DNA of 63,610 nt, filler included, from Reticulomyxa filosa (GCA_000512085.1; 22 parts of 22 records of this genome joined end to end with filler, not necessarily neighbours in it); one strand, 5' to 3'. Positions 27,824 to 41,368 are shown, numbered from the whole stretch's first letter. Numbers and translations are program-made. The notes: a model not told the origin generated them from the sequence alone.

Positions 27824-29130
27824 TTATATTTGATTTAGGTCAATATGTTGATGAATATGATTTGCAATGATGGCCAATTTGTCCAAGTGCCATATGATAT
27901 CAATACTTTGATAATAGGATGCTGGTTGCATAAATGATGATAGGCACCACGACCAACTTATTCGTCGGCTGCGTTGTCGCCTATTTTCATCATTTGCGCT
28001 AACAGCCCCTATCACATCAAAGGCTTGTTTGGAAAATATAATGACAACGACGTATTTGCCGTTACAGTTTGCTCCAGCCATTGCAGCTGGTTGGACAATT
28101 ATTTCAAGTGTCATCATTTTATTTTCTTTTTATCAACGACACTGCGCAGTCGCATTATCTATTTTTGTTTATTTGTTTGTTTGTTTTTAAACAAAAAAGG
28201 GAAGTAAAGAACTTAACATTGCAACATTGGAAAATATTTTCAAAATTGTGGCGAAGTTGTGGAGACTTAGAAAAAAACAATCTGCAGTGACTGCATGTAG
28301 TGTTGGTATTTGTGGCTGCATTGTAACAGAATAATTCACAGACAATGTTCACAGCCGATATTCGCTCCAAACTGTTGCACGATCTATTCAATGATTGCGT
28401 GCTTATAATTACCTCCACTTTTCCATTTTTCAATATTCTGTTATTTTTGTTTTTTTTTTTAAAATTATTTCTAAATAAAATCAATAACATACGCAATTCA
28501 TTATCTCAATTTAATATTTCTTGATATACGTAAATCTCCCCTCTTTTTTTAATGATCATTTTTTTTTTCAATTTAGTCTTTATATCAATGCTATGTACCT
28601 GAATGTCGCTGCTGTGAATGTACATTTGTGTGTTGTTTGTTTTATAGTCGAAGTGGATATGAATGCACGCATTGTCAACGTTTTGGAGGGTAAGTCCTTT
28701 TTGGACTGCTTTATGTTGGCACTCAGAGTGCTTTGGAAAATACGTATAATTTTATTTATTGATTGCATCAACTCATTGTTAAAAATTTGCAATGAGGATG
28801 CGCTCGCCGTGTTGTTGCATAATTGTGGACATTGCACACATGTCAACGCTTCCAATTTCCACATGTGATTGAGCAACATATCACGTGATATTGCCAGCAT
28901 GTTCATATTGATATATTGATTGAAGTGTTTTTGCTTGTTCGTAACACTTGTACTACTCTCACTTGTGTTTAACATTACAGCGAATACATTCAATACATGT
29001 AACGCCACCAACACCAACGACGATTTCATGTTGCTGTTAACTAACCAAAGGTTTTCGCTCAATATTTTCTCCACTGTTTGTCCCCTCCACTTCTACTGGC
29101 ACTGGAACGGAAGGACATTCAATGAATAAT
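27824..29130 (-). CDS. Hypothetical multi-exon helical protein (possibly degenerate)
   Basis: Successive minus-strand ORFs (28580-29074, 28155-28420, 27824-28117) separated by intron-like AT tracts. Confidence 0.3.
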
Positions 29131-30041
29131 AAAGCCACTTTAAGATAAAAATAAAAAAAGTTTATGGCAAACGAATGCATTTGTAAAACTTTAAATGGAT
29201 TGCAAGCGATTTATGCAAATACTAAGTTGGTTGGAAAATGAATTTGTGTACATTCATTGTAGCCAAGGCGAAAATAGTTGGTCCTTTTGTAATTTTAAAA
29301 TTATTTTCACTTAAGAAGATAAATATACATAGAGTAAAAAAAGCACGATTTCCAATCAAAGAAAAAAAATTTAAATGGAAAAAGTAGCTACAGTAAATGC
29401 TTCAACGATTTCCGAAAAAAAAACAAGAACAAAATGGTTGAGCGGCCAGGCATGCAAAAATGCCACTTAGCATTTCCTCCATCTTTAATATAATCAAATT
29501 TATATCTGTGTGTATATCGCAATCGTTTTACACTTTATTTATTTTATTTTGATTGGTTAAAAAGTAGATCATCTGAAAAAAATTGATTGGTTGTACTTTG
29601 ACTTGTAGACTAGTGAAAAAACGAGAAACCCCTCCAAAAAAAGATACCTGTACAACTCCAATCTCTTGTAAATGCGTTTGTCGTTGTCTCGCGCATCCCA
29701 ACATAACTGTCATTTGATGTTGTTTTTTAATAAATGTAATCGGGCTGAAACAAGCGTCACAAGAGAAAGAATGTTCTTTGAATTAAGCAAACATTTCCCA
29801 AACTTTGACATATTCATCAAGATTCCTCAAAAAAGTGAAAGACTTGATTCTCGACATCTTTCCGATATCATTACCCAAGCAACCAACTCCAATGGTGGTC
29901 ATTACTTTTATGAAGTAAGGGTCCATGTGCTTGAGGATTGANNNNNNNNNNNNNNNNNNNNNNNNNNNNNNNNNNNNNNNNNNNNTTAATTAATTAANNN
30001 NNNNNNNNNNNNNNNNNNNNNNNNNNNNNNNNNNNNNNNNN

Positions 30042-30390
30042 TCTTCTTCTTCTTCTTCTTCTTCTTCTTCTTCCTCCTCTTCTGGTTCCGTTTCTCCTCC
30101 TTCATCCAAGTCTTCTTTGTCTGGCGTTGCACACTCGCCGTTTCTTGCACTTGACTTCTCTTTACTCTCCAATTGCTCAATTAGAATCTTCTGCTGCAAT
30201 GGCAAACAGTAACACAATAAATATCGCCATGACACGCTCCTGTACTTCAACAGCTGCATCAGGTAACGCTCTGTTTCCACTGTTATCACTGGCTTGCCTA
30301 ATGACCCTTCCTTCGATGAGGAAGCAAACATGCCAACATTGCCCGAAGGCAAGTCGGATTGCTTCGATTTTTCATCCATTCTTTGGGAAT
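30042..30390 (-). CDS. Hypothetical protein exon ending in poly-Glu, partial
   Basis: ORF 29990-30379 with (GAA)n. Truncated by the linker. Confidence 0.4.
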
Positions 30391-30680
30391 TATTAACTGA
30401 CGCTATTTCACATATATATATATATATATATATTCACGTAATTTTATTTTTTTTTTTTGTTGATTTGACCTTATCTCATTTCTTCTAATATGAAAACAGA
30501 AAGATTCAAATGGAAGCCACTTTTTTGACAGATTTTGATTGGTACTAGTGTTTTGTAGACAATTTATTTTGAAAATGATGATACAAGGAAAGCGACAGTG
30601 CAAATTGTAAAACATTTGAAGGTAAAGTATCGGAGATAAATGTTTTTTTCAAAAGTAACAACTAACTTTATTTACACCAT

Positions 30681-31770
30681 TTACAACTGTCTCCACAACC
30701 GAATCGTCCCGTCATCAGAAGATGACACTATCATACTGTTGTCCGGCGAAATATCTACTCCAGTTACAGGACCACAGTGTCCTTCCAATTGTTGTGTGCC
30801 AATTTCAAACTGCAAGTCCCACAATCGGATTGTGAAATGATTTGAGCAAGATAAAATAGTTTGACCATCAGCAAAGAGTTGAAGATCGTTTACGCCTTTA
30901 AATTCCTTTATTGTTGTCATTTCTTTTCCTGATGCCACATTCCATATACGAATTGTATTATCATCAGAGCATGAAATGATGGAGAGATTGGCAGGAGAAA
31001 ATCGTACTCTAGTTACAAAACCTGAATGTCCTTTCAATTCTGTCATCATTTTACCTGACATCACATTCCAAACGATTATTGTTTTGTCATCTGAAGAAGA
31101 TATAATAATCTGGCCATCTGGTGAAAATTGTACATTATTTTACTCCATCGGAATGTCCTTCTAGTCTTCTAATCTCTTCTCCAGACTCCACATCCCATAG
31201 TCGAATTGTTTTGTCAAATGAGCTTGAAGCGATCATTTTCCCATCTGGAGAAAATTGATTTGATGTAACACAACTTGAATGTCCTTCTAATTTTTGTATT
31301 TCAAAGTTTGATTGAATATCCCACAAGCGAATTGTTTTATCATTTGAACACGATACAATTAAATTTCCTTCTGGTGAAAATTGTGCATCATTAACTTTGT
31401 CTGAATGTCCATCGAACACATGAATTGTTTTTCCACGTGATGTATCCCATACACAGACTGTTTTATCATCGGAAGATGATATTAGCTTGCAGCCATCAGG
31501 TGAAAATTTTGCACTGTTTACGCGACCAGAATGCCCTTGAAATGTTGCTACTGATTTAAAAAATTTTCCTATTTCGTGTTTGGCAATTGAATATATGTTC
31601 AATCGCGTAGATGTAACAACAACAACAACAACAATAGCAAAAAATATATATACCAAAAGATAACGAGAAATGATTATAGCAAAATCATCTATCCATCCCG
31701 TATTAATACATAATGACCTTTGCCAATGATCGATAATTTTTTGAATCTCTCTTTGTCTCTATTTTTTTGT
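30681..31770 (-). CDS. WD40-repeat protein (about 7 repeats), with a frameshift near 31138
   Basis: GH....V....FSPDG....SSS.DKTIRLWD repeats. One extra base at GTAAAATAAT breaks the frame. N-terminal IIDHWQR...GWIDDF motif. Confidence 0.88.
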
Positions 31771-31832
31771 CCACTTTACGAGTTGGTTTATTACTTTATT
31801 TTAAATTTTTCCTATTTATAATCATTTCATAC

Positions 31833-31865
<33 letters not shown>

Positions 31866-32026
31866 TAATTTTTTTTNNNNNNNNNNNNNNNNNNNNNNNN
31901 NNNNNNNNNNNNNNNNNNNNTTAATTAATTAANNNNNNNNNNNNNNNNNNNNNNNNNNNNNNNNNNNNNNNNNNNNACATTACCTCTCCTCTTTAAAAAA
32001 AAAAAAAAAAAAGTTTCGAGCATCAG

Positions 32027-32362
32027 TGGATGAAATGTTAACAAACAAATCAACTGACGTGAAAACAAGAACGCAGCAAATAATAGAAATGGCAGAGAAA
32101 CATCAAAGTTCATATGTTAATATCGTTCGACCTTTGCAACTATGTTCCAGTACAATCCATTTCCAATGGGATATTGATAAATACTCTACAGTTGCTCTTC
32201 ACTCTTTTGTTGTGTGTGTGTGTGTGTGTCTTTTTATCGTTCTTTAAAATATCTTGTCAACTTTGTACTTGATTTATGTATTTAAATATGTCTATTGTTG
32301 ATATGTTTATACATACATTAATGTATACACATATGTATGTATATGCATACGTATACACTCAC

Positions 32363-32396
<34 letters not shown>

Positions 32397-33787
32397 AGGT
32401 GCTCTCATTTGGTAATGTGCACACAGAAGATGTGGGACAGTTGGAGTTGGAAGTAATGGACAAAACGGATAAATCGATAACAGTGAGATGGCATTGGAAA
32501 AATATGGAAATGAAGGCAAAGGAAAAAAAGATGGAAGAGTCGATAAAAAAGAAGAAAGTGAATTGGAGTCATTTGCGCTTGAGTATAAAATAATAATGGC
32601 AAATGAAGGAAAAAAGAAAGAGCAGAAGTAGATGCAGATGCAGATGCAGAAGAAGAAGAAGAAGAAGAAGAAGAAGCAGCAGCAGCAGAAGTGGAAGAAA
32701 AAAAAGAGTCGATTGAAACAACAGAGTGGGTATCCATTCCCTCCATCTTTTCTCAAGTCATGGCCACTATCGACTCTCTTCGCGACAACTCACTCTATGT
32801 TATCCGAGTTAAGCACTCCGTTCGCTCCTCTCGCTCTTGTTCGTCGCTATATTCCAACACTATTCAATGTCGAACTGGTTCGAAATCTTTTTCTGTCGTC
32901 ACAAAACATACTGTCTTACGTCATAATACATTACACAAAGAACTCTCTATCTTTGTACTATAAAACATATATATATATATATATATACAAATGAAAAAAA
33001 ATTCAACTCAAAATTATGCAAATTTGATCGTCTCAAGCTATCTTCCGAGGAGCGTGCCACCTTCGATAACGACCAGACTTTGTTACGACATTCTTCTCAT
33101 CTGAAAGAATGCTCGGCAGCTTTGGCGGATAGCCATGCTGTCACTGCCGGTATTCATTGCTGGCGTGTTAAAGTTATTCATTTGTTTATTTTATTTGTTA
33201 TTTTTTTTTGGATAGTTTTTTTTTTTTTTTTTTTTGGATTGACTGACAGAAATCGGGACGTGATGATCCAATAATTGGTTTGGGCAGTTCCACACAAAAT
33301 TATCCGGATAGATGTTATCAACAGAAACAATGTTAAGAACGTATACGTTATATATTTTATAAAATTGTAATGTATACGTTTTTTTGCTGGCTTGTTTTGT
33401 ATGTGTGATGTGTATGATATGCATGATTTGGATTGGACCGATGGAAATGCTCGAAATACAGTTTGGGGATATGGACCGACTGGACGACACTACATCGATG
33501 GAGTTTCCACCACTTCCAGGGGCCCGTTGGAATGGTCCAGAGACGGCGAAATGCTAATCGATATGTATGTTGATGTTGAAAACAGGTTTATTCAATGGAA
33601 AGAAGTAACCAATGAAGCCAATGGCAAAGAATTTGTTATGAGAGATCTCTCCTTCCATTCTTATCCTAAACTCTCTTTGGTTCCCATTTTCAATACTTTT
33701 TATCAAACTACTACTGTTCAAATCGTTTCCATACCTATTCAAATGTATGGCAAACGTTCACGACTGACCAAGGATATCTTTAGTTGA
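32027..33787 (+). CDS. TRIM-like coiled-coil + FN3 + SPRY-like protein, 5' partial, with two A-run frameshifts
   Basis: End of coiled-coil (RPL..STIHF..VLSFGNV), FN3 (SITVRW, FALEYK, SLRDNSLYVIRVK..YS) and SPRY-like (GIHCWRVK, IDMYVDVE, LVPIFN) segments. Intron 32191-32395. Confidence 0.65.
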
Positions 33788-34729
33788 TTTTTTTTAATGT
33801 GCTTCTCTTTTCAGTGGATTGTTTACTTTCACTTGCTTTTTTCAAATCATTCAGCGACAACTCAACTGCATCTTGTGTTTGTGATGCGTCCTTTGACTGA
33901 CCACAACAGTTTTTAACTGTAGATTTTCAAATAAAACTTATTCTTTGGCTTCTTTTTTTTGGAGTGCATTTTTTTCATCCGAGTCCATCCGTTACAGAAT
34001 TAGCATTACATTAAAGTAAACCTTAATCATTCAAAAATCAATGAAGTTGATATCTTAGTGCAAGATTGCGAGTGAATCATGATTTGTATTTTCTTGTTAA
34101 TTTAAAATAAACTTTTCAATACGTTTCTACATTTTTTAAAATGCACAAGTAAGGGTTAAGCTCACAATTTTGGCATTAGAACCACATAATAGTTTTCGTA
34201 ACTTATTCAATGTAGTAAAGATAAATTTCATCGTTTGCGTAGACAATTCATCGTACACATATTGCAAGATAATTTGTTTGATATATATTATCTTAATGTC
34301 TGACCATTGAAATACATTAACTTAAAATTTACTATTGACAAATGATAGTTTTTGCAAAATAAAATCATAATTATCGTGTAAGTTATTTCATACAATAGGT
34401 TGCAAAGAAAACTGAACGCCTAAAACGATATCATATGATGATAATTGATTTTTTCCATGAAAAATCAACATTTAGATCTAATTTTTTTAAGAAAAAATAT
34501 CTACAAATCTTGTAGTTTTTAAATATGAAATTTTTTTTAATAACTTTTTTNNNNNNNNNNNNNNNNNNNNNNNNNNNNNNNNNNNNNNNNNNNNTTAATT
34601 AATTAANNNNNNNNNNNNNNNNNNNNNNNNNNNNNNNNNNNNNNNNNNNNTATTTGCTGTTGTCTATTGTGTTTTTATATGTATGTATCTGTACTCATTT
34701 TTTCTTCCACGTCAAACAATGGTGTTTCA

Positions 34730-36073
34730 GCGATTTCGGTCGTCGGTGAAGTAGTTGAACAATTGAAGCGAGAAAACGTTGCAATTGTCTCCAGTTTTGT
34801 TTCCTTAAACTTTTTTATTGCACACGCTTGCAGTAAATTTTTTTTTTTTTCCCTTTCGACACATCCCCCCCCCCTCCTCCCCTTCCCTTTTGTCTAATTG
34901 CTTTTTTGATTGGCTTGGCAGGAATTGAAACTGACTTGGCAGAGTATAATCAAGAATTTGATGAGTATCGACCTTTAGTAGAAATTTACCTCAAACAAGG
35001 CGAATATGGACATGTTTTATTTTGTTTTTCTTCTTTTCTTTTCTTTAGTACATTGCAAAAAAAAAAAAAAGAAAATCTTTTGTTGTATACGTACTTTGAA
35101 ATAGTTGTTTTCCCACTTTTGTGTGTATGCGTATTTCCATTCCCACAAACCTCCCTTTCTTTTTTTTTGTTTACGAAATCCTAGCTGGTGTCTGACTTTC
35201 GTCGTCGTAAGGTGATAGAGATATTTGAGCTGCATGATAAGGAATTGAAAGGTGAATTGTCAGTCAGTGTCATTGGCAAGGTCTGTTAACACTTCCCTAT
35301 TTTTCCTTCCAACAATTTCGATTTAGTTTATTATTGTCTTTTTTTTTTTTTTAGATGAACCTTCCGGAAAAGTTTTACGCCAGCACAAACCTACGAAAAG
35401 AAGCAGAAACGTTTATCAAAGATAAAACGATGCTTAATTTGCCAGGTCGAAAATTGTCCATTTTTGTTGTTATAATTTTTTTGTTTGCACAGGAAATAGG
35501 AAAAAAAAAAAAAAAACAACAAATCACAACAAACAAAACCCTTCACGACAAATTGAAGAGTTTGTTTATTATTGTTCCATTTTAATTCATCCCTTGCTGC
35601 TGGAGTTTCACTTCAAATGTGCCATCCTCGCATTGAATGGAAAGGTGGATTTACACGATGGCCCTTTACCAGCGGTCAGCTCTGAAGCTGAGCAGTCAGT
35701 GCTTGTGCCTGCAGTCATTGGACGAGAAAAACCTTCCAAACAGAGAGAACATTTGTTCGATGATAACAGCGAACAAGAAACCAATTCGTTATCGAGTGAA
35801 CAAGACAACCTTGTTGACGACTACGACCATGAGGAAAGTACAGTCCGTCAACAACATGCTTCCGAGCAAAAGAAACGCCGAAAATTTATTGGAATTTGGA
35901 AACCAAAGCACATTGACGAGAGCAATAAGGATATCTCTGCTGGTGAAAACCAAAGCAAGCCAGCTGAACCTCCAGAGATGGAAAATGACACGCTTGAACC
36001 CCTTTCTGAACCTTTCGTGAAGCACACTAACACGCCTGTCGAAAGCTACACAACCGATGCTAGTCAGTTGTAG
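34730..36073 (+). CDS. EF-hand-like hypothetical protein, 5' partial
   Basis: Spliced exons give IFELHDKELKGELSV and KDKTMLNLPEF (intron 35446-35558). Stop at 36073. Confidence 0.5.
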
Positions 36074-36798
36074 TTTTCTTGCTCTAAACTTTTGTAAACG
36101 CACGAGCACAACTATTTGTCAAACGACACAGCAAATTCGAGGAATGTCCAGTTTTTTTTTCTTAAAATTAATATGTTTTGTTTGCTTCCCTTCTTTTTTT
36201 TCTCTTTTTTTTTTCTTCTGCTTTTCTTAAAGTATCAAAGAGATGTAGGAACAAAAAAAACACCTTTGACTTATCAATACATGTAAAGTACTGTTTGCGT
36301 GTGTACAAAACGAGCAATCAAAACAAAATAATTGAGGAGGAATAAGTTTGAGATGTTTCTTTTGTACACGTATGCCGCCAAGGAAAAAAGGATGTTTGAT
36401 GTATTTTTGTGTGTTGTTTTCTCTCAGATAGAGTCGAACTTTTGTTTTGTTTTGATAAGTGAACTATTATTAAAGATAATAGGATGCTCTCATAACGGTA
36501 TTGCCTTGCATTGATCCAACAATCTATTCACTTCAATTAGTTTTGTGCAGTTTTTATTGATTTAAAACTAAACTATGGTTAAACAAATTATTGCACAATT
36601 AGTCACAATTTTGTTAAAATTAAGCTCGAATAATGTTATCAAAAACAACTACGTGACGTTTAAATAAAACCACTAGTCCCAAAAAACAACATACATAAAT
36701 TTACCATTAGTTTATTCATAGAGAAGATTGGGTATGTCTTTAGTACGTACGCTTTAGCTTTGTTGGCACTTTTTTAAAATAAATACTCATAACAGGAT

Positions 36799-38191
36799 AT
36801 GAGCGAAAGTAAAATAATCTCATCCTCTTCAAAAGAAAATAACCATTCTCGCAAGAGAAAGAGAGAAGATATTTCAAATGACAGTAGTGGTAGTAGCAGT
36901 GAGGAAGCGAGCAAGAAGAAAGAAATAAAAAAAAAGATCAGTTGAACACGTACCAAAACGAGCAAAGCTAAACTCAGAAAAAGAAGAGAGAACAAAAAAG
37001 GACAGATCAAAGAAAAAAGAAAAAAAAAAAAAAAAGAGAAAAAGAAAGAAAAGCGAAGAAAAAAAGAAAAGGAAAGGGAAAAGGAGAAAGAAAAGAAGAA
37101 ACAAAAGAAAAAGAAAGAGGAAGAAAATAATGGAGAAATGTTGACAGAATGCAAATCATTATTGTTAATGTTATTAGAAATGGATGACGAAGATTTTATG
37201 AGTGAGTTATTACAAATTATTGTGACCGAATTGGACAACAAGCAAACAGTATCGCTAAAATCTGTACCGATTGACCTGCAAAAGTATTTGCACATGTTAT
37301 TCACTTTTTTAAAATTAGAAACAAAGGTAAGTTTGTTTTTTTTTTAGGGGGGGAGGGGGGAAAAAAAGAGGGGAGGAAAGGGGTTAAAACAAAACAAAAA
37401 AAAAAATGAAGGATGAGATTCACTTCAAAAAAGGGAAAGATAGTCAAATAAAGTTATTGGACTTGTTAAATTCAGTAATGAAAAAAGAAAAGGCCAATAA
37501 AAAGACACAAGCAAGTGCAAAGGAACAAGTGGACAATGAAGAGACAGCCATCGGTCCAACCATGCCCCCACCACACATTTTGGAAAGAATACGAAACCAA
37601 AAAATGCAAAATCCTCATCAAAACAAAAACGAAGAAAAAGCTGCGAATGAAGTGGCGAAAGAAGAAGGAGATGAGGGTGATGATGAGGCGAATATGATCG
37701 GTCCTTTGCTTGCAACGGCTCATAGTGATGCTAAAGATAATACAGACAATGCTATTAATGACACTGACAATAACGCTAAGAATACTAACGATGCTGACAA
37801 TATGATTGGACCACAAATTCCGTTAGACATTTTGGAAAAGCGAAGAAATGCTTTGTTGAACAAAACGGAAGTGCCAGAAAAAGACGGAGAAAAACGGGAA
37901 AAGAAAAAGAAGAAAGTTTTGACATACGAACGATGGAAACAAAAAGAAAAAGAGATGCAGGATGAAAAGATAAATGAATTGGGGTTGAATGATCCCAATC
38001 GACCCAAATCCTTGCTTGAAATGCATCAAGAGAAACGGAAACAGCAATTTGACTTGGAAATGAAACGATGGAAAAAAAATAAACAAGGACCAATGCCTGT
38101 TTGGAATGAACATTCTTCCAACGGTGACAATTTCACTGACAGGCTCGAATGGCAATTCGCATTTCAACTTGGTGGAACTGCACCTTTATAA
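36799..38191 (+). CDS. GPALPP1/DUF3752-like lysine-rich protein
   Basis: Three IGP motifs (IGPTMPP, IGPLL, IGPQIP) and RPKSLLEMHQEK. Intron 37327-37411. Apparent A-run frameshift near 36930. Confidence 0.65.
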
Positions 38192-38844
38192 TCATCATTT
38201 TTTTTACTTTTGCTTTATTCCTTCATTTCGCTATAAGGGAGGAGAGGAAAAGAAAAAAATGTGAGAAATATATCATTCTATGATAATATTGTTCTTTTTA
38301 TTGCCATCGTTATATCACTTCTCCAAAAACCCAATTTTCTCAAGTGTCAACACAAAAAATTGCCAATGATAAACACTTTTCAAAAAATACACAAAAAAAT
38401 CACGCTGTGCGTCATTTGAGTTGTTTATTTTTAATGATTATTATGTCTCAAGTTTCCACATTTGATCAAATCGACTATTAACTAATCTACTTGTGTTCAA
38501 ATATATATTTTGTACACACAAAAGATGCATCTTACTGTTATTTAATGTCATTTTTCCTATAATTTCTCAATAAAAGATATATTTTTGTAAAACTTGGTGC
38601 TAAACTCAATCTCAATAGATTCCCCTCCATCATCCCAGTACTACTTAATACAAACAAGCATAACATGTCAAATAATCTTTTTTCTTTTACAAGTTTTTGA
38701 AAGGACTTACAATAATAAAAAAAGAATATTACGACCTTTGCCACAGCAAGGGCCGTTCAGACAAAAAAATGATAGAGTAAGTTGTAGGAGAAGTATTGAT
38801 TGGATATAATTGGAATTATAAGAGGTTTACTTTTGATTGTGAAT

Positions 38845-40199
38845 ATGCAGATAAGAGAAAGACTAGTGAAATTACTTATATTTTTGACTGAATGGTCCCA
38901 AGCACATCCACGTTACTCGTCAGTGGCGTGTCTGTGTGCACTCTATATGATTGGAAGATGGCTGTCTTATTGCGCAGCAAAACCAAAATCGCTGAAAAAC
39001 CGAGTGATTTTGATAACTGGAGGAGCGAGTGGTTTGGGTCGTTTGGTGGCGTTAAAGTGCAAGCAAAAGCACCACGCGACAGTGATAGTCTGGGACATCA
39101 ATGAAGCCAGCATAACCGACATGAAAGATCATATGGATGCCGCCATGGTATGCAACGTGACCAATCGAGAAAAGGTGAATGAATGTGCACAGCAGGTATT
39201 CAACCAGTTTGGAGCCGTAGATATTCTCGTCAATAACGCGGGTGTTGTTTCCGGGAAACCTCTCTTGGAGCTGTCGGAAAAGCAAATTCGCCAAACTTTC
39301 GATGTTAACATCATATCGCAATTTTGGACTGTGCAAGCTAAGAAAAAAAGAAAAATCCTTCTTTTTTTTTTTTTTCCTTTTTTCAAAAATGTTTAAGAAA
39401 ATTCTGTCTCCCTTTGAACACACATATAAAAAAAAACTTCCCCCTCTTAGGCCTTCTTACCAGCTATGCTAAAAAAAAGGTCCGGGCACATTGTTACCAT
39501 TGCGTCAAGCGCAGGCATTTCATTTCGCATTTTCCTTTTTTTTTTTTTTTTTTGAAAGCAATTATACGTATATGTGTTACAATTTTTGTCCTTGTTTGAA
39601 ATGGGTTCAAAATTGAGCAAAGGGAGAGTAAAATAAAGTGTGTTTTTCCGTACATAACAGGGTGTGTTGGCGTGAGCCACTTGACTGACTACAGCGCTTC
39701 AAAGTTTGCTGCACGTGGATTTGACCAAGCACTTCGTCGTGAGTTGATGGACCTAGGGTACCAAGATTGTATCAAGCAAACGATTGTCAATCCTTATTTT
39801 ATCAACACAGGCAAATTATCTGTTATTTTCCAAAAACTGTTTCTATCCATTATCTTAAAGGGTCCTTTTTTTTTTTTTTTTTTTGGAATGCAGTAAACAT
39901 ACATGCACGTATACACATGCAACTTGTGAAAAGGAATGTTCACTGGCGTCTCAGCGTCAAAAGTAAACGTTGTGGCATTTTTCACTGGAAGTGAATTCTT
40001 GGATTCCAATTACGTTTGTAATGAAATCGTAGACGCGATTCAATATGAAAAGCGCGATTTGATACTGCCCTATCGAATGGGAAAGGTACTTCGATTGGAA
40101 CATTTCCTTCCCCACTGGCTGCAAGATTGGATGATCGTCAAAGCATCCGATATGAGGCAGTTCAAGGGACATGGACATCAGCAGAACCGAACTCAATAG
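38845..40199 (+). CDS. Short-chain dehydrogenase/reductase (SDR16C, retinol/17-beta-HSD type)
   Basis: N-terminal TM helix, TGGASGLG, NNAG, VTIASSAG, YSASK and PYFINTGMF. Introns 39337-39450, 39515-39660 and 39811-39933, all GC-AG. Confidence 0.92.
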
Positions 40200-40789
40200 G
40201 TCTTTTTGCAACAACGCTCAAAAAATTTTTCAATCTTCCAGTAGAGCATTTCCATCCAGTTCTAATCTTATGTTGTTGAACATTACCTTTTTTTTATTTT
40301 GATGTCGTTCTCTCTTCTTTTAATACTTTTTTCATTATACTTTTCGCAAGTCACGTGTATTAAAACATTTTTTTTTTGAAATTGCGATAATACAATATCA
40401 TATCTCAAAATTACACTTTGCACACCAACTCCCCAAAACTCTCATGGAAGTGGATCAACACCTTACTTCCCTCTCTTTCACAAAAAGTCCCAAAACCGTC
40501 AAGGAAGGAAAAATACAATATGTGTAGTGTTGTTGCTGTTATTGTCACCACAAAGCAAAAAATGTTAATTCAATCGCTTCACGTCTCACAAACAACATTT
40601 ACAGCAACCCAGAGCACATTTGATCAAAAAATAGAATTAGCTTTCTGTCAGCAGCATTTTTTTTCAAAAATATTTTTAAAATATCAACAACTTTCTTTCG
40701 TTTTTATTCGCGTTTAGAAGAAAGTAAAACGTGTTGCACGAAACGTTGTATAATGTACACGAGTCAAAGTAGTACTGCTAAATTTGTTG

Positions 40790-40891
40790 TCTGTATTTTC
40801 AAGCCCTTATTGAAACCTGTCTAGCCCTGACATGGAGAGATCTGTATTTTCAAGCCCTTATTGAAACCTGTCTAGCCCTGACATGGAGAGA
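40790..40891. repeat. Perfect 51-bp tandem duplication
   Basis: TCTGTATTTTCAAGCCCTTATTGAAACCTGTCTAGCCCTGACATGGAGAGA occurs twice (40790-40840 and 40841-40891). Confidence 0.95.
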
Positions 40892-41368
40892 AAGGAGCCG
40901 GCTCGATTTTCTCGGACGGGTTGTGGGTTTACCTTTTTTTTTAAAAAAAATATTTTGTTTCATCATTGAACGTTTGTGTTAAGGTAGAAAGAGGTAGCTC
41001 TGTCGTTAACTTAGCACTAATCCAAATGTTTCTAAATTTCTATTTTTTTCATTTGCACACTTTTTTGAGTGAGTATATCTAAAAATTGGACCTGCTGATT
41101 ACAAGATGAAATATTGCAATATAAAAAAAATTTATTTTTGAATAATGGTAAATATGAAAAGTTGTATTCCTTTTGTCGGCACTTTTCGAATGGAATTGAT
41201 TAAGACGCGCTTTAAGGAGTGATTGGATAGATATAAAGGAGATTATTGTTAAAAAAACGAAGTTTAAAAAAGTTTCATTGCGAGGATTTGTGTGTGTGTT
41301 TTTTTTTTTGTCCTCTTCCATTTTCACATTGCATGTTCTGTGTTGAACATTACACCTAAATTTGCTCA

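Noticed and set aside
6453-33787. Apparent 'defence island' clustering of immune-like genes
   Set aside because: The genes lie on separate contigs joined artificially, so no linkage can be claimed.
35446-35606. Apparent non-AG acceptor in the EF-hand-like gene, and similarly in a Ku70 intron near 8205
   Set aside because: An upstream AG (35558; about 8215 for Ku70) restores the frame with canonical GT-AG.
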